Positions 48,054 to 58,354 are shown, counted from the stretch's first letter. The stretch: DNA of 64,000 nt from Candidatus Zestomicrobium tamdykulense (GCA_039889305.1 JAVVFV010000004.1:29206-93205); one strand, 5' to 3'. Made by a program: numbers and translations. The notes: generated by a model not told the origin, from the sequence alone.

Positions 48054-48477
48054 GATTTAAACTCCTCATCAAGTAAACCCTAGCAATGTTGCCGGATCTC
48101 TTGACCTGTACTAAGCCCTTACTCTCTAGTAACTTAACCTTCTCAGCAATTATTCTCCTAGACGCTGTACCTCTGATCCCTCTAACCCTCCTGGTTAGTT
48201 CTGAGATGCTTATACCTCCCTCAGAAGAAGCGAGGACTTCCAGTATTGCCTTAGTTATTGGGTCGACTTCTGGCAATCTCCTCAATAACAGGACTAACTC
48301 TCTAGCTAACTTAATTGCTTTCTGTGCAGGGATGGAGAAGTAGAGTGTTAGTTCTACAGCCATCACGTAGGTTGGGTCGTTACTTATTGTGGTGAGTAGT
48401 TCTTCAAGCCTCTCTAGCTTCTTAACTATGTATGCGAGTAGTTCTTCAACTCTCCTCAACGCGTCGCTAGAAGACAT
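48031..48477 (-). CDS. Coiled-coil plus winged-helix (ArsR-like) regulator
   Basis: DPITKAILEVL..ISISELTRRV..SRRII..KV..LE.KGLV. Confidence 0.75.
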   Translation of the reverse strand: MSSSDALRRVEELLAYIVKKLERLEELLTTISNDPTYVMAVELTLYFSIPAQKAIKLARELVLLLRRLPEVDPITKAILEVLASSEGGISISELTRRVRGIRGTASRRIIAEKVKLLESKGLVQVKRSGNIARVYLMRSLNRENPESS

Positions 48478-48519
48478 TCAAGTCCCTGTTGAGGCTTATT
48501 AAGGATTACTAAGGACTTA

Positions 48520-48828
48520 CTAGTCTTTTTCCTCTTCTCGACGTTCTATCTTAGCCATTAGGTCTTTCAGGAAGCTTAAGCTAGGTAGTGACTTCAATCT
48601 TTCATTAAGGAATTTATCTGTCCATTCTTTAGCTGTCTGCGGATCAACACCACTCTCTATCAGAGACTTATAGAACGTGCTTACTTCCTTAGCTAGTTTC
48701 TCACCACTCACGCTCTCTACTAACATCTTGATTAGGTCTCCTAAAGGTTCTTTAATCTCTACGAGGAATTCTGACACTGCTTTCAAGACCCCGCGTAATT
48801 CCTCAACATCACTCATTTCTTTACTCAT
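48520..48828 (-). CDS. Conserved archaeal helical hypothetical protein
   Basis: GEKLAKEVSTFYKSLIESGV pattern; ATG after GAGGTGA. Confidence 0.7.
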   Translation of the reverse strand: MSKEMSDVEELRGVLKAVSEFLVEIKEPLGDLIKMLVESVSGEKLAKEVSTFYKSLIESGVDPQTAKEWTDKFLNERLKSLPSLSFLKDLMAKIERREEEKD

Positions 48829-48950
48829 TATCTCACCTCAAGTTACTTAACGTTAGTTAAAGTAATAACTTTATTATGAGCTGCGTGATCAGCTAGTGAG
48901 CAATTGATTTAAAATATATTTCTGAGGAATATAATAAGTCGGGAATAAAT

Positions 48951-49952
48951 TTGAACGCGATTGAAGTAAGAGATTTAGTTAAGGTTTATGGGTGTGGAGT
49001 TAGAGCTCTAGACGGCGTGAGTTTAGATGTTGAAGAAGGTACCGTCCACGCTTTATTAGGTCCTAACGGTGCTGGCAAAACAACATTAATAAGGATCATA
49101 ACTACGCAACTCAAACCTAATAATGGTTTCGCAAGAATTTTTGGTTACGACGTTATTAAAGAGTCTTCTATGGTTAGGGAATTAATTGGTTACGTACCTC
49201 AAGAAGTTTCGCTCTGGAGTGATTTAAGTGGTTATGAAAACATGCTTATATACTCGAAAATATTCGGTATTCCTAGAGAGATTAGGAAGAAGAAAATCGA
49301 AGAATTACTTGATTTCATGGGATTGAGTGAAGCTTCAAGGAGGCTTGTCAGGACTTATTCTGGAGGCATGATTAGGAGGCTTGAAATGGCTATTGCTCTA
49401 ATGCGTAATCCTAGACTCCTAATCCTCGACGAACCTACTATTGGGCTTGATCCAGGAGCACGTAATCTAGTCTGGGACAAGATAAGTGAGTTTAAGAAAG
49501 AGAATGGTGTGACGGTGTTTTTCGCTACACACTACATGGATGAGGCTGATAAGTACGCTGATTACGTGACTCTACTTAATCAGGGGAAAGTAGTAACTCA
49601 TGGATCACCGAACGAGTTGAAGAGACTTGTTGAAAGTAATAAAGTCCTCATAACCTTCAAGAATCACGCAGATAATTCACGGTTAAGTGAGATTCTCTCA
49701 AGCGTTCCAGGAGTAACTATATCTAGTCTTAATAATGATTACGTAGAGTTAGTGGTTAGTGATATACCTACTAAGCTTCCTGCAATACTTGAGAAGATTT
49801 TCGTTAGTGGTTATTCGGTTTCGGAAGTAAAGATTCATGAAGCAACGCTGGATGAAGTCTTCATAAAACTTACTGGTAGGAGAATAGGTGATGAGTTGGG
49901 AAGGATGAAGGAAATAGTTAGTATGAGGAAGATGATTAGGAGGGGTGGGTGA
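48951..49952 (+). CDS. ABC-2 exporter ATP-binding protein (DrrA-like)
   Basis: GPNGAGKT, YSGGM, LDEPTIGLD and THYMDEA. Confidence 0.93.
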   Translation: MNAIEVRDLVKVYGCGVRALDGVSLDVEEGTVHALLGPNGAGKTTLIRIITTQLKPNNGFARIFGYDVIKESSMVRELIGYVPQEVSLWSDLSGYENMLIYSKIFGIPREIRKKKIEELLDFMGLSEASRRLVRTYSGGMIRRLEMAIALMRNPRLLILDEPTIGLDPGARNLVWDKISEFKKENGVTVFFATHYMDEADKYADYVTLLNQGKVVTHGSPNELKRLVESNKVLITFKNHADNSRLSEILSSVPGVTISSLNNDYVELVVSDIPTKLPAILEKIFVSGYSVSEVKIHEATLDEVFIKLTGRRIGDELGRMKEIVSMRKMIRRGG

Positions 49953-50713
49953 TGCGTTCAATAAGATTAGAATCTCTTATCTCGATGGCTGAGATGGAGT
50001 TGAGGAGGCTCAGGCACGATCCCTTCGAGATAATTACGCGTGCGATTCAGCCAATACTCTGGATCACTGTTTTCGGTTTCGTTATGGCTAAAATAAGAGC
50101 TTTCCTGAGTGTGGGTGATTACGTGACCTTCATAACTCCTGGCGTAATACTTCAGTCTTCCACGTTCATATCTTTAGCTTACGGGATAGCCTTAATATTC
50201 GAGAGAGAGTCAGGGATACTGAAGAAACTCCTAACCTCGCCTATTCCTAGAAGCTACATAGTTGTTGGGAGAGCTCTCGCAGGAGGTGTTAGAGCCTCAA
50301 CACAGTACGTCATTGTTTTGGTGTCGGCTGCTGTCGTGGGTGCTAAAATAACTAACAATCCACTAAACCTAATTGTTGGTTACTTAGTACTCGTCTTAGC
50401 ATGCATGGGATTTACAGGGCTATCAATACTCATAGCTTCTTTGCTCAGAACTCGTGAGAGGTTTATGGGTATAGTAGGAGCTATAACGATGCCTCTCTTC
50501 TTCGCTAGTAACGCGCTATACCCAATTGAGGTAATGCCTGACGTGATTAAGTATGTTTCACTAACTAACCCGCTCACCTACACTGTGTCTGCTCTAAGAA
50601 AGTTACTCGTGAGTAACTCGTACGACATACTCCAGGAAACATTAATACTGACTTGCTTTACTGCACTCACTCTAGGAGCCTCCGTAAAGAACCTGAGAAG
50701 AATTATTGAGTAA
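49949..50713 (+). CDS. ABC-2 exporter permease
   Basis: QPILWITVFG, ERESGILK, ASNALYP and NPLTY. Confidence 0.92.
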   Translation: MMRSIRLESLISMAEMELRRLRHDPFEIITRAIQPILWITVFGFVMAKIRAFLSVGDYVTFITPGVILQSSTFISLAYGIALIFERESGILKKLLTSPIPRSYIVVGRALAGGVRASTQYVIVLVSAAVVGAKITNNPLNLIVGYLVLVLACMGFTGLSILIASLLRTRERFMGIVGAITMPLFFASNALYPIEVMPDVIKYVSLTNPLTYTVSALRKLLVSNSYDILQETLILTCFTALTLGASVKNLRRIIE

Positions 50714-50754
50714 ACTATAATTTCCTGCTGGAGTAATTACTTACGGTAGTAGTT

Positions 50755-51417
50755 ATGAGTGAGTATGTTCACGGGATCCAGCGTGGGTGGCTGACAGGCT
50801 TTTGCAGGGCTTCTAAGTATTTAATGATTGCTACTTTGATTAAGAATATTTTGCTTTTTCTTCTTTTATGGTGGTTAATAGGAATCTTTTTAGGTTTTTT
50901 CTCGCTAGGTAGGCAAGACTTTCTTAATTTGGGTGAGGAACTTACTTTCCTGACGCTAAATCCTCAGATGCAGTTAATTATGTTAGGCTCCATGATTAGT
51001 TACTTGTTGTGGCTGTATGCGGTGTTCGGTGAGATGGTTCCTTCTCTGAGGGAACTAGAGTCTCAGGGAATTAGTTTAGGGAACTCACTAAATATAGTTA
51101 TTGTTGGAGCTATAGCAACCTTAATACTAACAGCTGTTCAAATAACTATATTGTCTCTCGTTTACTTAATATTAAGTAACGTAATCGCGTTGCTAATTAT
51201 TTACTTACTAGCTTTCAGTATCTTAATCACTTACGTCCTCACATATATAGGGTTCTTTCTAGTCTTCGATAAATTAGGGCATTTATTAGGTGTTAGGAGA
51301 CTCGTTACTGCAGGCGTTCTAGTTCTTATTTCAGCATTCATAATCTTCTTAGGACCGATAGCTTGGTTTATTTCCTTCATGACTGCACGTAAACTACTTA
51401 TTAGTACTACTGTCTGA
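50755..51417 (+). CDS. Hypothetical integral membrane protein
   Basis: About five hydrophobic helices; follows the ABC-2 pair. Confidence 0.65.
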   Translation: MSEYVHGIQRGWLTGFCRASKYLMIATLIKNILLFLLLWWLIGIFLGFFSLGRQDFLNLGEELTFLTLNPQMQLIMLGSMISYLLWLYAVFGEMVPSLRELESQGISLGNSLNIVIVGAIATLILTAVQITILSLVYLILSNVIALLIIYLLAFSILITYVLTYIGFFLVFDKLGHLLGVRRLVTAGVLVLISAFIIFLGPIAWFISFMTARKLLISTTV

Positions 51418-51457
51418 AGATACTAACCGAAAAATATATTAACTTTTCAGTCATTTA

Positions 51458-52687
51458 TTGGATAGGGTATCCAATATGGTAAGCCAGAAAGTATATGTCG
51501 CGCTGCTTTTAATAGTTCTTGCATTCAGTATCGTTTCTTTCATAATTAACTATATACTAATTAATGAAGTTAGGGACATTCTCTTAAAGCAGGAATCAGC
51601 CTTAGGTAGGGTTCAGAGTAATGTTTCCGAGCTTCAGGAGCTAGTTAGCTCGCTTAACAGGAGAACTGAGGAGGTAGGGGACGTAATTAGGGAGCTACAG
51701 TTAAGGTATGAAGAACTTAGTAATAAGTTGAGGGAAGTCAAGTACCCTCTCGTAATGACTGATAGTATAGGGAGGACTGTTTTCATTAATTATGAACCAT
51801 TAAGAATAGTTTCAGTAGGTCCTTCAATAACGGAGACCTTATTTGCTCTAGGTTTAGGTGATAGAGTTGTAGGTGTTGATAGATTTTCTAATTATCCACC
51901 CACTCTTACTGAATTAATTGAGAAGGGAACTATTAAGGTTGTTGGGGATGCTTTTACTTTAAATATAGAGTTGATAGCTAGTCTCAAGCCTGACGTGGTT
52001 TTCCTTACTTACTCAGCTCCGTTAGAGAAGTATGTTAAGACCTTATCTGATTTAGGGATCTGTGTTTACGTTATTAGAGTTGAGGATATTGGGGATGTTT
52101 ACAACGTTATCATGTCTTTAGGACTAATTACGAATAGAGTTGATGCGGCTCTAAAACTACTTAATGATTTAACCGGCAGGATTATGACTACTTACTCAAG
52201 AATAGCTAGTTACCTCAACACTACCGGGGCTTTTAAGGTTAGTGTTTACTGGGAGGTCTTCCCTGATTACTGGACTTTTGGAGGAAACACGTTCCAGAAC
52301 AGCATAGTGACTTATGCTGGCGGGGAAAACATTTTCGGGAATACCGCTCTCACCTGGTTTATAGCTACTCCAGAATCTGTAGTTAACTTAAACCCGTCTA
52401 TTATTCTCATAAGCTACAATTACGGGATGTTCGGCACTCCTCAAGACTTAATAGGAATGGTGTCTTCAAGACCTGGCTGGAGCAACATTACTGCTATTAA
52501 GAGTGGAAGAGTGTACGTGCTGGGCGGTGCTGTTGAGGACATAGTCTCACGACCAGGTCCTAGACTAGGTCTAGCTATCGAGATCCTGACTAGGATCTTC
52601 TATCCTGAAGTATACAACATAACTCAGGTTCCTAGTTTTGTAGATGAGAATGTTGTTAGTATGTGGGGGATCATAATAAAATCATAA
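51458..52687 (+). CDS. btuF: Cobalamin/iron-chelate ABC substrate-binding protein with N-terminal TM and coiled coil
   Basis: RIVSVGPSITETLFALG..VGVD, ELIASLKPD, GGENIF and RPGPRL. Confidence 0.85.
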   Translation: MDRVSNMVSQKVYVALLLIVLAFSIVSFIINYILINEVRDILLKQESALGRVQSNVSELQELVSSLNRRTEEVGDVIRELQLRYEELSNKLREVKYPLVMTDSIGRTVFINYEPLRIVSVGPSITETLFALGLGDRVVGVDRFSNYPPTLTELIEKGTIKVVGDAFTLNIELIASLKPDVVFLTYSAPLEKYVKTLSDLGICVYVIRVEDIGDVYNVIMSLGLITNRVDAALKLLNDLTGRIMTTYSRIASYLNTTGAFKVSVYWEVFPDYWTFGGNTFQNSIVTYAGGENIFGNTALTWFIATPESVVNLNPSIILISYNYGMFGTPQDLIGMVSSRPGWSNITAIKSGRVYVLGGAVEDIVSRPGPRLGLAIEILTRIFYPEVYNITQVPSFVDENVVSMWGIIIKS

Positions 52688-52711
52688 TAAAGTAGTTGGT
52701 GTTATATTTTT

Positions 52712-53743
52712 ATGAGTAATGTGGAATTATTTGTTTCGTGGAGGAGAAAAAGATTTCTTACAATATTAGTGATTTCCATCTCTTTACTGTTTCTTGTTTT
52801 CTTCACACACTTAAGTTTAGGTTATAGAACGATGAACCCATTAAACGTCCTGTTTTTTGGAGTTATGCAATTAGCTGCAGGTAATTTAGGTATTGAGGGA
52901 TACAGAATTTTAAGAGTTTTAACAGCTGTTGTTGTTGGTACTGCTTTAGCTTTCTCAGGGTATTTAATGCAGTTGAGTACTAAGAATCCTCTAGCAGACC
53001 CATACATACTTGGTGTTTCTTCAGGAGCTTTATTCGCAGTCTCGCTAACACTGTCTCTCGCGGGCTACGTAACACATCCACTCATGATTGGTGTTAGAAC
53101 TCTTACTGCTTTCTCGGGTGGTTTAACTGCTTACCTAATCACTTTATTCGTGGCTTCTAGAGCCGGTATGACACCAACCTCTCTTGTTTTGGCTGGAGTT
53201 GCTGTCGGTACGTTCTTCTACTCAGCATCTCTCCTACCGCAGTACTTTATTTCTCGAGACATACATAAACTGATTGCGTGGAGTATGGGTTCTTTCGTGA
53301 GTCCTTCTGAAAGTGTTTTGGTTTTAATGGTTTTCATGTTGTTTCTGACCGCGTGTTATGTATTCCGCGTAAGATACCCGCTTAACAATCTTCAGATAAG
53401 TGACGACTTCGTGAGACAGTTGGGGAAGGATCCTGTGAGATTGAGGAGATACTCCACACTACTAGCTTCACTAATAACCTCAATTACTGTTGCTTGGTTT
53501 GGTGTGATAGGTTTTGTTGGTCTGGCCGCGCCACACATATCTAGGAGGATTCTTAAATCTAGCGACGTTAATTTTGTTTTGCCAGTATCTGTTATTTTGG
53601 GTTCACTCCTACTCACGACCTCAGACCTTCTTAGTAAGGTACTAATAACTGGTGTTGAGATCCCCGTAAACGTTATTGCGTCAATGATTGGTGCACCCGT
53701 ACTAGCTCTAGCTATAGTAGAGTTGAGGAAGTATGGTTCTTGA
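52712..53743 (+). CDS. btuC: FecCD/BtuC-family permease
   Basis: NPLADPYILGVSSGA and GVIGFVGLAAPH. Confidence 0.9.
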   Translation: MSNVELFVSWRRKRFLTILVISISLLFLVFFTHLSLGYRTMNPLNVLFFGVMQLAAGNLGIEGYRILRVLTAVVVGTALAFSGYLMQLSTKNPLADPYILGVSSGALFAVSLTLSLAGYVTHPLMIGVRTLTAFSGGLTAYLITLFVASRAGMTPTSLVLAGVAVGTFFYSASLLPQYFISRDIHKLIAWSMGSFVSPSESVLVLMVFMLFLTACYVFRVRYPLNNLQISDDFVRQLGKDPVRLRRYSTLLASLITSITVAWFGVIGFVGLAAPHISRRILKSSDVNFVLPVSVILGSLLLTTSDLLSKVLITGVEIPVNVIASMIGAPVLALAIVELRKYGS

Positions 53744-54464
53744 AGTTAGTAAGCTGAGTGTTTTTTACGACAATATCCAGATCATAAGAGAAATTAGTTT
53801 CTTTCTTAGTGAGGGGGTTGTAGCTGTAGTTGGTCCTAACGGTGCTGGCAAGACAACACTACTTAAAGCTATCTCAGGCTTAATTAATTATGAAGGCTCT
53901 GTAAAAATACTTAGTAAAGAATTAAGTACCTTCAGTGCTGAGGAGAGAGCTAGGCTAGTTACTTACGTACCACCGTTAGTTGACGCAATGCCTGACATAA
54001 GTGTGGGGGACCTAATACTGAGTGATCCATTAGTTAATAATGAAGTACTTGAGAAATACGTTGAGTTGTTTGAGTTAGGTGCTTTACTGAAGAGGAGGTT
54101 GAGTAGAGTGAGTAGTGGTGAGTTAAGTAGAGCGCTACTTGTTAAGGGACTCTCAAGAAATTCAAGAATTCTAACTCTTGACGAACCCCTCTCACACATA
54201 GACATGAGGTTCCAGCTAATACTACTAAAACACTTAAGAGTCTTAAGTAGAGAAGACAAAATAATTCTAGTAGCGTCTAACCAGCTAAACCCCCTACTAA
54301 GCTATGTAGACAAAATAATAGCACTCAAGAAAGGTGAAGCAATCTTCATAGGTAACATAACAGACTTCATAAAGTCAAACATAGCCGAAAAAATTTACGA
54401 AGTCAAATTCGAGATCATCATGAGAGACAAATATCTAGATCTAATACCTAAAGAACTCCCCTGA
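53733..54464 (+). CDS. btuD: FecE/BtuD-family ATP-binding protein
   Basis: GPNGAGKT, VSSGE and LDEPLSHID. Confidence 0.88.
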   Translation: MVLEVSKLSVFYDNIQIIREISFFLSEGVVAVVGPNGAGKTTLLKAISGLINYEGSVKILSKELSTFSAEERARLVTYVPPLVDAMPDISVGDLILSDPLVNNEVLEKYVELFELGALLKRRLSRVSSGELSRALLVKGLSRNSRILTLDEPLSHIDMRFQLILLKHLRVLSREDKIILVASNQLNPLLSYVDKIIALKKGEAIFIGNITDFIKSNIAEKIYEVKFEIIMRDKYLDLIPKELP

Positions 54465-54643
54465 GTAACCCAACCTCAATAACGCGTGCTTCGTGATAAG
54501 TAGACATCTCCTAAGAACAAAGCATACCCTAACTAATCAGCTCCTGCAACCTGCTTCTAGAGACTACGAATATTAGTGATGATAAAATGATGTCGTATTA
54601 GTACTTAACTCAGAATCCTAGAGGAGAAGTTGTTCTAATTACA

Positions 54644-54651
54644 TTTAAATA
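54644..54651 (+). promoter_or_regulatory. Putative TATA box (TTTAAATA) upstream of the MBS-like operon
   Basis: Consensus-like octamer about 50 nt upstream of ATG 54698 in a 233-nt intergenic gap. Confidence 0.35.
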
Positions 54652-54697
54652 CTTATAATCATTGATTATTTTAGTGTAGTGTGAGTGGGTCTAGCCT

Positions 54698-56233
54698 ATG
54701 CAATTAGAACCGTGGATCGCTCTAACTCCGTATCTACTCGTGGTAGGTGCTTTCTCCATAATTATATTAAAGGTCATCAGGATTTCCAGAATTTTTTCTT
54801 ATATTTATGCGCTGCTGTATACAGTGGTTTCTTTTTTGTCGGCGTTTTTAATTTTTCTTGAAGCGAAGAATGATGGGATTCTGGTTTACCCGCTTGGTGG
54901 TTTTCCTCCACCTCTCGGAATACTTTACGTCGTAGACTTGTTCTCAGCTACGATGGGGTTGTTTATTACGTCTTTCTTTCTCATTCTATATTTATTGCTG
55001 TTTTTTGTGGTAGAAGACGTAAACGAGTATTTTCTTGCTTTGTATCTGGGGCTTGAAGCCGGTTTACTAGGTATAACATACACGGGAGATCTTTTCAACA
55101 TGTTTGTTATGATGGAAGTAACACTAATATCCTCGTATGGTCTAATAGCTTTCTCGAAGAAAGCTAATGCTTACTTAGCTACGTTCAGATACGTGATGAT
55201 TGGGGGTGCTGGTGGTCTGCTCTTTTTTGCTGGTGTTACTTTAATATATTTTGCTGCAGGATCGCTTAACATAGGGCAGTTGGGTGCTGTATTTGACGGC
55301 ATAAGTATCGGATACGTAGGTCAATCAGCGTATGCTAGCACTGCGATTCTTCTATATCTAGTTCTCCTTTTCTGGGGGCTAGCGATAGATGAAGCTCTGG
55401 CACCCTTCCACTTTTGGCTTCCCGGCGCGTATTCCTCAGCAAACCCTGTTGTAGCATCTTTATTAGCTGGGATCGGGGAGGGGGTAGCGTTTTATGCTCT
55501 TATGCGTATATCTTTCACTATAGTTGGTTATGTACCAGGCTCGATTATGCTATTTCTTGTGGTGCTTGGAGTATTGACGATTCTGGTGGGTGGTGTAGGA
55601 ATGGTGTATACTAGGAGGTTAACTGAAATCGTTGCGTATAGCGTGATCCTTGATGCAGGCTACATAGCGATAGCTTTATCTCTAGGCTCACCTGGAGTTT
55701 CAGTAGCGCTTACCTACATAATCGCTCATATTCTAGTGAAACCAATTCTTTTCCTGACTGCAGGATGGGCAAGAGAATCCGTCGGTAGTGATTCGCTAGA
55801 GGAACTAAGAGGAGTACTCAGAGTTTCAAGGTCTCTACAGGTAGGATTCGTCGTTGGAGCGGCTGCAGTTATAGGTATACCGCCAACCATACTGTTTGTT
55901 GCTAAATTACAGGGATACATGATTATACTTGAGCAAGTGTGGAGGAACGTCGTATACGCAGGAGTGCTTGGTGTGATGCTGATTGGGTCGGTCCTGGCTT
56001 TGGTTTCCTTTATTAAGGCAATCTCAGTAGTGATTCTCTCACCGCCGGCTAGGTCGTTCCCCAAACCTCCAGCGATTCTTAACGCGTACGTGATAGCCTT
56101 ATCCATAGCTGTAATCATGTTCGGACTTTTATACGCTACACTCATAGAAGATCTAGTCACTAACGCCTCAAACGCACTGATTTTTGGTAGGTCTAACTAT
56201 TTAGGAACGGTTCTAAGCATGACTTGGAGGTGA
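54698..56233 (+). CDS. mbsH: MrpD/MnhD-like antiporter subunit of the MBS-like complex
   Basis: DLFNMFVMMEV, HFWLPGAYS and GIPPT. Confidence 0.88.
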   Translation: MQLEPWIALTPYLLVVGAFSIIILKVIRISRIFSYIYALLYTVVSFLSAFLIFLEAKNDGILVYPLGGFPPPLGILYVVDLFSATMGLFITSFFLILYLLLFFVVEDVNEYFLALYLGLEAGLLGITYTGDLFNMFVMMEVTLISSYGLIAFSKKANAYLATFRYVMIGGAGGLLFFAGVTLIYFAAGSLNIGQLGAVFDGISIGYVGQSAYASTAILLYLVLLFWGLAIDEALAPFHFWLPGAYSSANPVVASLLAGIGEGVAFYALMRISFTIVGYVPGSIMLFLVVLGVLTILVGGVGMVYTRRLTEIVAYSVILDAGYIAIALSLGSPGVSVALTYIIAHILVKPILFLTAGWARESVGSDSLEELRGVLRVSRSLQVGFVVGAAAVIGIPPTILFVAKLQGYMIILEQVWRNVVYAGVLGVMLIGSVLALVSFIKAISVVILSPPARSFPKPPAILNAYVIALSIAVIMFGLLYATLIEDLVTNASNALIFGRSNYLGTVLSMTWR

Positions 56234-56238
56234 GAGGT

Positions 56239-57258
56239 TTGGGATTTCTAGACTTCTTCGCTAAGTGGGCCAGGAGTAGGAGCGTGTGGATGATACATTA
56301 CTGCTCAGCATGTGGAGCGGTCGAGTTCCCGCCGCTAGTGATGGCTCCACTTGATTGGGAGAGATACGGCTTCATGCCAGCACCTACCCCAAGACAAAGC
56401 GATCTCTACGTCGGGATGGGATATTTGACAAAGAGAAGTGTTAGATTCTTCCTCAACATGTATATGCAGATGCCGGAGCCCAAATTTGTTGCAGCTGGTT
56501 GTAACTGTACTGCGACCGGAGGGCTCTACTGGGATAGCTATGCTACCTATAAGAGATTAGATGACTTCGTCGAGGTTGAGGGATGGGTTCCTGGATGCAT
56601 GCCAATGCCTGACGACTACATGAGCATGATAAAGCATTTAAGAACTGAAGTATATGAGAGAAGACCCATCACCAGACACATATCTAGAGTCAGACCTAAC
56701 GCTTTTGAGAAGATAAGACAATACGATGAAATGGAGAGGAAGTTTGCTGAGGATTATCAGAGACAACTTGCTAAATCACAGCCTGAAGTCAGCTACGAGT
56801 TCAAACAAACATTCCCTGAATGTTACGAGCTTGATGAATCCTCAAAAATCTGTAAGACATCCATAGAGCCGCTTCAACTAAGAAATACGTTAAGTTTTTT
56901 GAAAAATGAAGGTTATGAGCTTTTCATAAATATTAATGCAGTCGATTACCCCGACAAGGGGGTTATTGAGCTCTTCTACATAGTAGAAAATCCCTTCACT
57001 GGCCAGCAAAAGTGGGTCAAGACTTTCGTCAATAGAAAAGAACCCGTAGTAGATAGTGTATATGATCTATATCCGTTAGCTCTTCATATAGAGAGAGAAG
57101 TGTACGAGATGATGGGTATAAACTTCAGAGGTAATCCAGACTTGAGGAAATGGATACTTGAGGGTAATTGGGAAGGACCACCTCCTCTGAGGAAAGACGT
57201 AGATACTGCCACGTACGTAGTCAAGGTTATGTATGGGGGGTATAAGTATGGTCGTTGA
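56239..57258 (+). CDS. mbsJK: Fused NuoB-like + NuoC-like subunit (MbsJ-MbsK)
   Basis: CSACGAVEFPP, GCNCTATGG and VPGCMP, then IEREVYEMMG...PPLRKD; TTG at 56239 after GGAGGTGA. Confidence 0.9.
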   Translation: MGFLDFFAKWARSRSVWMIHYCSACGAVEFPPLVMAPLDWERYGFMPAPTPRQSDLYVGMGYLTKRSVRFFLNMYMQMPEPKFVAAGCNCTATGGLYWDSYATYKRLDDFVEVEGWVPGCMPMPDDYMSMIKHLRTEVYERRPITRHISRVRPNAFEKIRQYDEMERKFAEDYQRQLAKSQPEVSYEFKQTFPECYELDESSKICKTSIEPLQLRNTLSFLKNEGYELFININAVDYPDKGVIELFYIVENPFTGQQKWVKTFVNRKEPVVDSVYDLYPLALHIEREVYEMMGINFRGNPDLRKWILEGNWEGPPPLRKDVDTATYVVKVMYGGYKYGR

Positions 57259-58354
57259 CGTTAAGCATACCGTGGTCTACTTCGGTCCTCAACATCCGGG
57301 AGTCCCCGGTAATTTCGCATACAAGTTGTGGTTAGATGGCGAGAGAGTAGTTAAAGCAGAGCCTGTGCCGGGTTTCCTCCACCGCGGTTTCGAGAAAATG
57401 ATGGAGAACAGAACTTGGGAGATGAACGTAACGATGAGTTATCGTTTCTGTGTTGAGGACCCAGATCATCTTGAGGTTGCTTATTCATTAGCAGTAGAGA
57501 AAATATTACGTCTCAACATCCCTGAGGACGCGAAGTGGATCAGAATGCTACAACTAGAGATGGGGAGAATAGCATCACATCTTTTCTGGTCGCACTTCAT
57601 AGGAGGTAGTGTCGGGCTTAGAACACCTGCTTATTGGGCAGTAACAGCTAGGGAAGAGATCCTTAAGTGGTTTGGCAGGTTTGCTGGGCATAGGATATAC
57701 CATAATATTAGCGTTCCCGGCGGCATTAGGTATAAAGTCCATCAAAACTTCAAAGAAGACACGTTAAGAGTATTAGATTATGTAGAGGAAGTAGCCAGAG
57801 ATATTGAGAAGGCTTTACTAGGTAACAAAATCTTCAGAGCTAGGACTATCGGTATAGGGAAGATAGTTGCTCAGGACGCGATAAGACTCGGTATTACGGG
57901 ACCTGTTCTCAGAGCTGGCGGCATAGCCTACGACTTAAGGAAAAACGTGCCTTACCTGAACTATGATAAAGTTAACTTCAATATCCCAACAGAATATAGT
58001 GGAGATGCTTACGGGAGGTCAGCAGTTAGGTTTAAAGAAATATACGAGAGTATAAAAATCGCTCGTCAGGTTCTAGATGAGGTGAGACTAGAAGGCCCGC
58101 TTAGAGTTAATGTTCCTTTATCCCTTCCATCAGGAGAGGGGTGGGCTAGAGTAGAGAGCGCGAGAGGTGAGTACATGATTCACATAATTAGTACAGGAGG
58201 CAGAAGACCTTACAGAGTAAGGTTACGCAGCATGTCAATGCCACTCCTCACAACAGCGGTGGAACACATCATTAGGAACGAGGAAGTTACCATAGCGGAT
58301 TTCCCAGTAATACTGGCATCACTTGATCCGTGCCCACCTGATCTGGATAGGTGA
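57248..58354 (+). CDS. mbsL: NuoD-like catalytic subunit lacking a NiFe site (sulfane reductase type)
   Basis: GPQHPG, RFCVEDPD and DPCPPDLDR; one Cys retained at each former CxxC; no C-terminal extension. Confidence 0.88.
   Translation: MVVDVKHTVVYFGPQHPGVPGNFAYKLWLDGERVVKAEPVPGFLHRGFEKMMENRTWEMNVTMSYRFCVEDPDHLEVAYSLAVEKILRLNIPEDAKWIRMLQLEMGRIASHLFWSHFIGGSVGLRTPAYWAVTAREEILKWFGRFAGHRIYHNISVPGGIRYKVHQNFKEDTLRVLDYVEEVARDIEKALLGNKIFRARTIGIGKIVAQDAIRLGITGPVLRAGGIAYDLRKNVPYLNYDKVNFNIPTEYSGDAYGRSAVRFKEIYESIKIARQVLDEVRLEGPLRVNVPLSLPSGEGWARVESARGEYMIHIISTGGRRPYRVRLRSMSMPLLTTAVEHIIRNEEVTIADFPVILASLDPCPPDLDR

Noticed and set aside
11137-54697. SurR-type GTTnnnAAC operators upstream of hypF, mbhJ and mbsH
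   Set aside because: No exact match found by eye in 11137-11212, 13544-13616 or 54465-54697.
45657-54697. C/D-box sRNAs in intergenic gaps (45657-45775; GTGATGA near 54577)
   Set aside because: No properly spaced C, D', C', D box set; the expected CTGA is missing.
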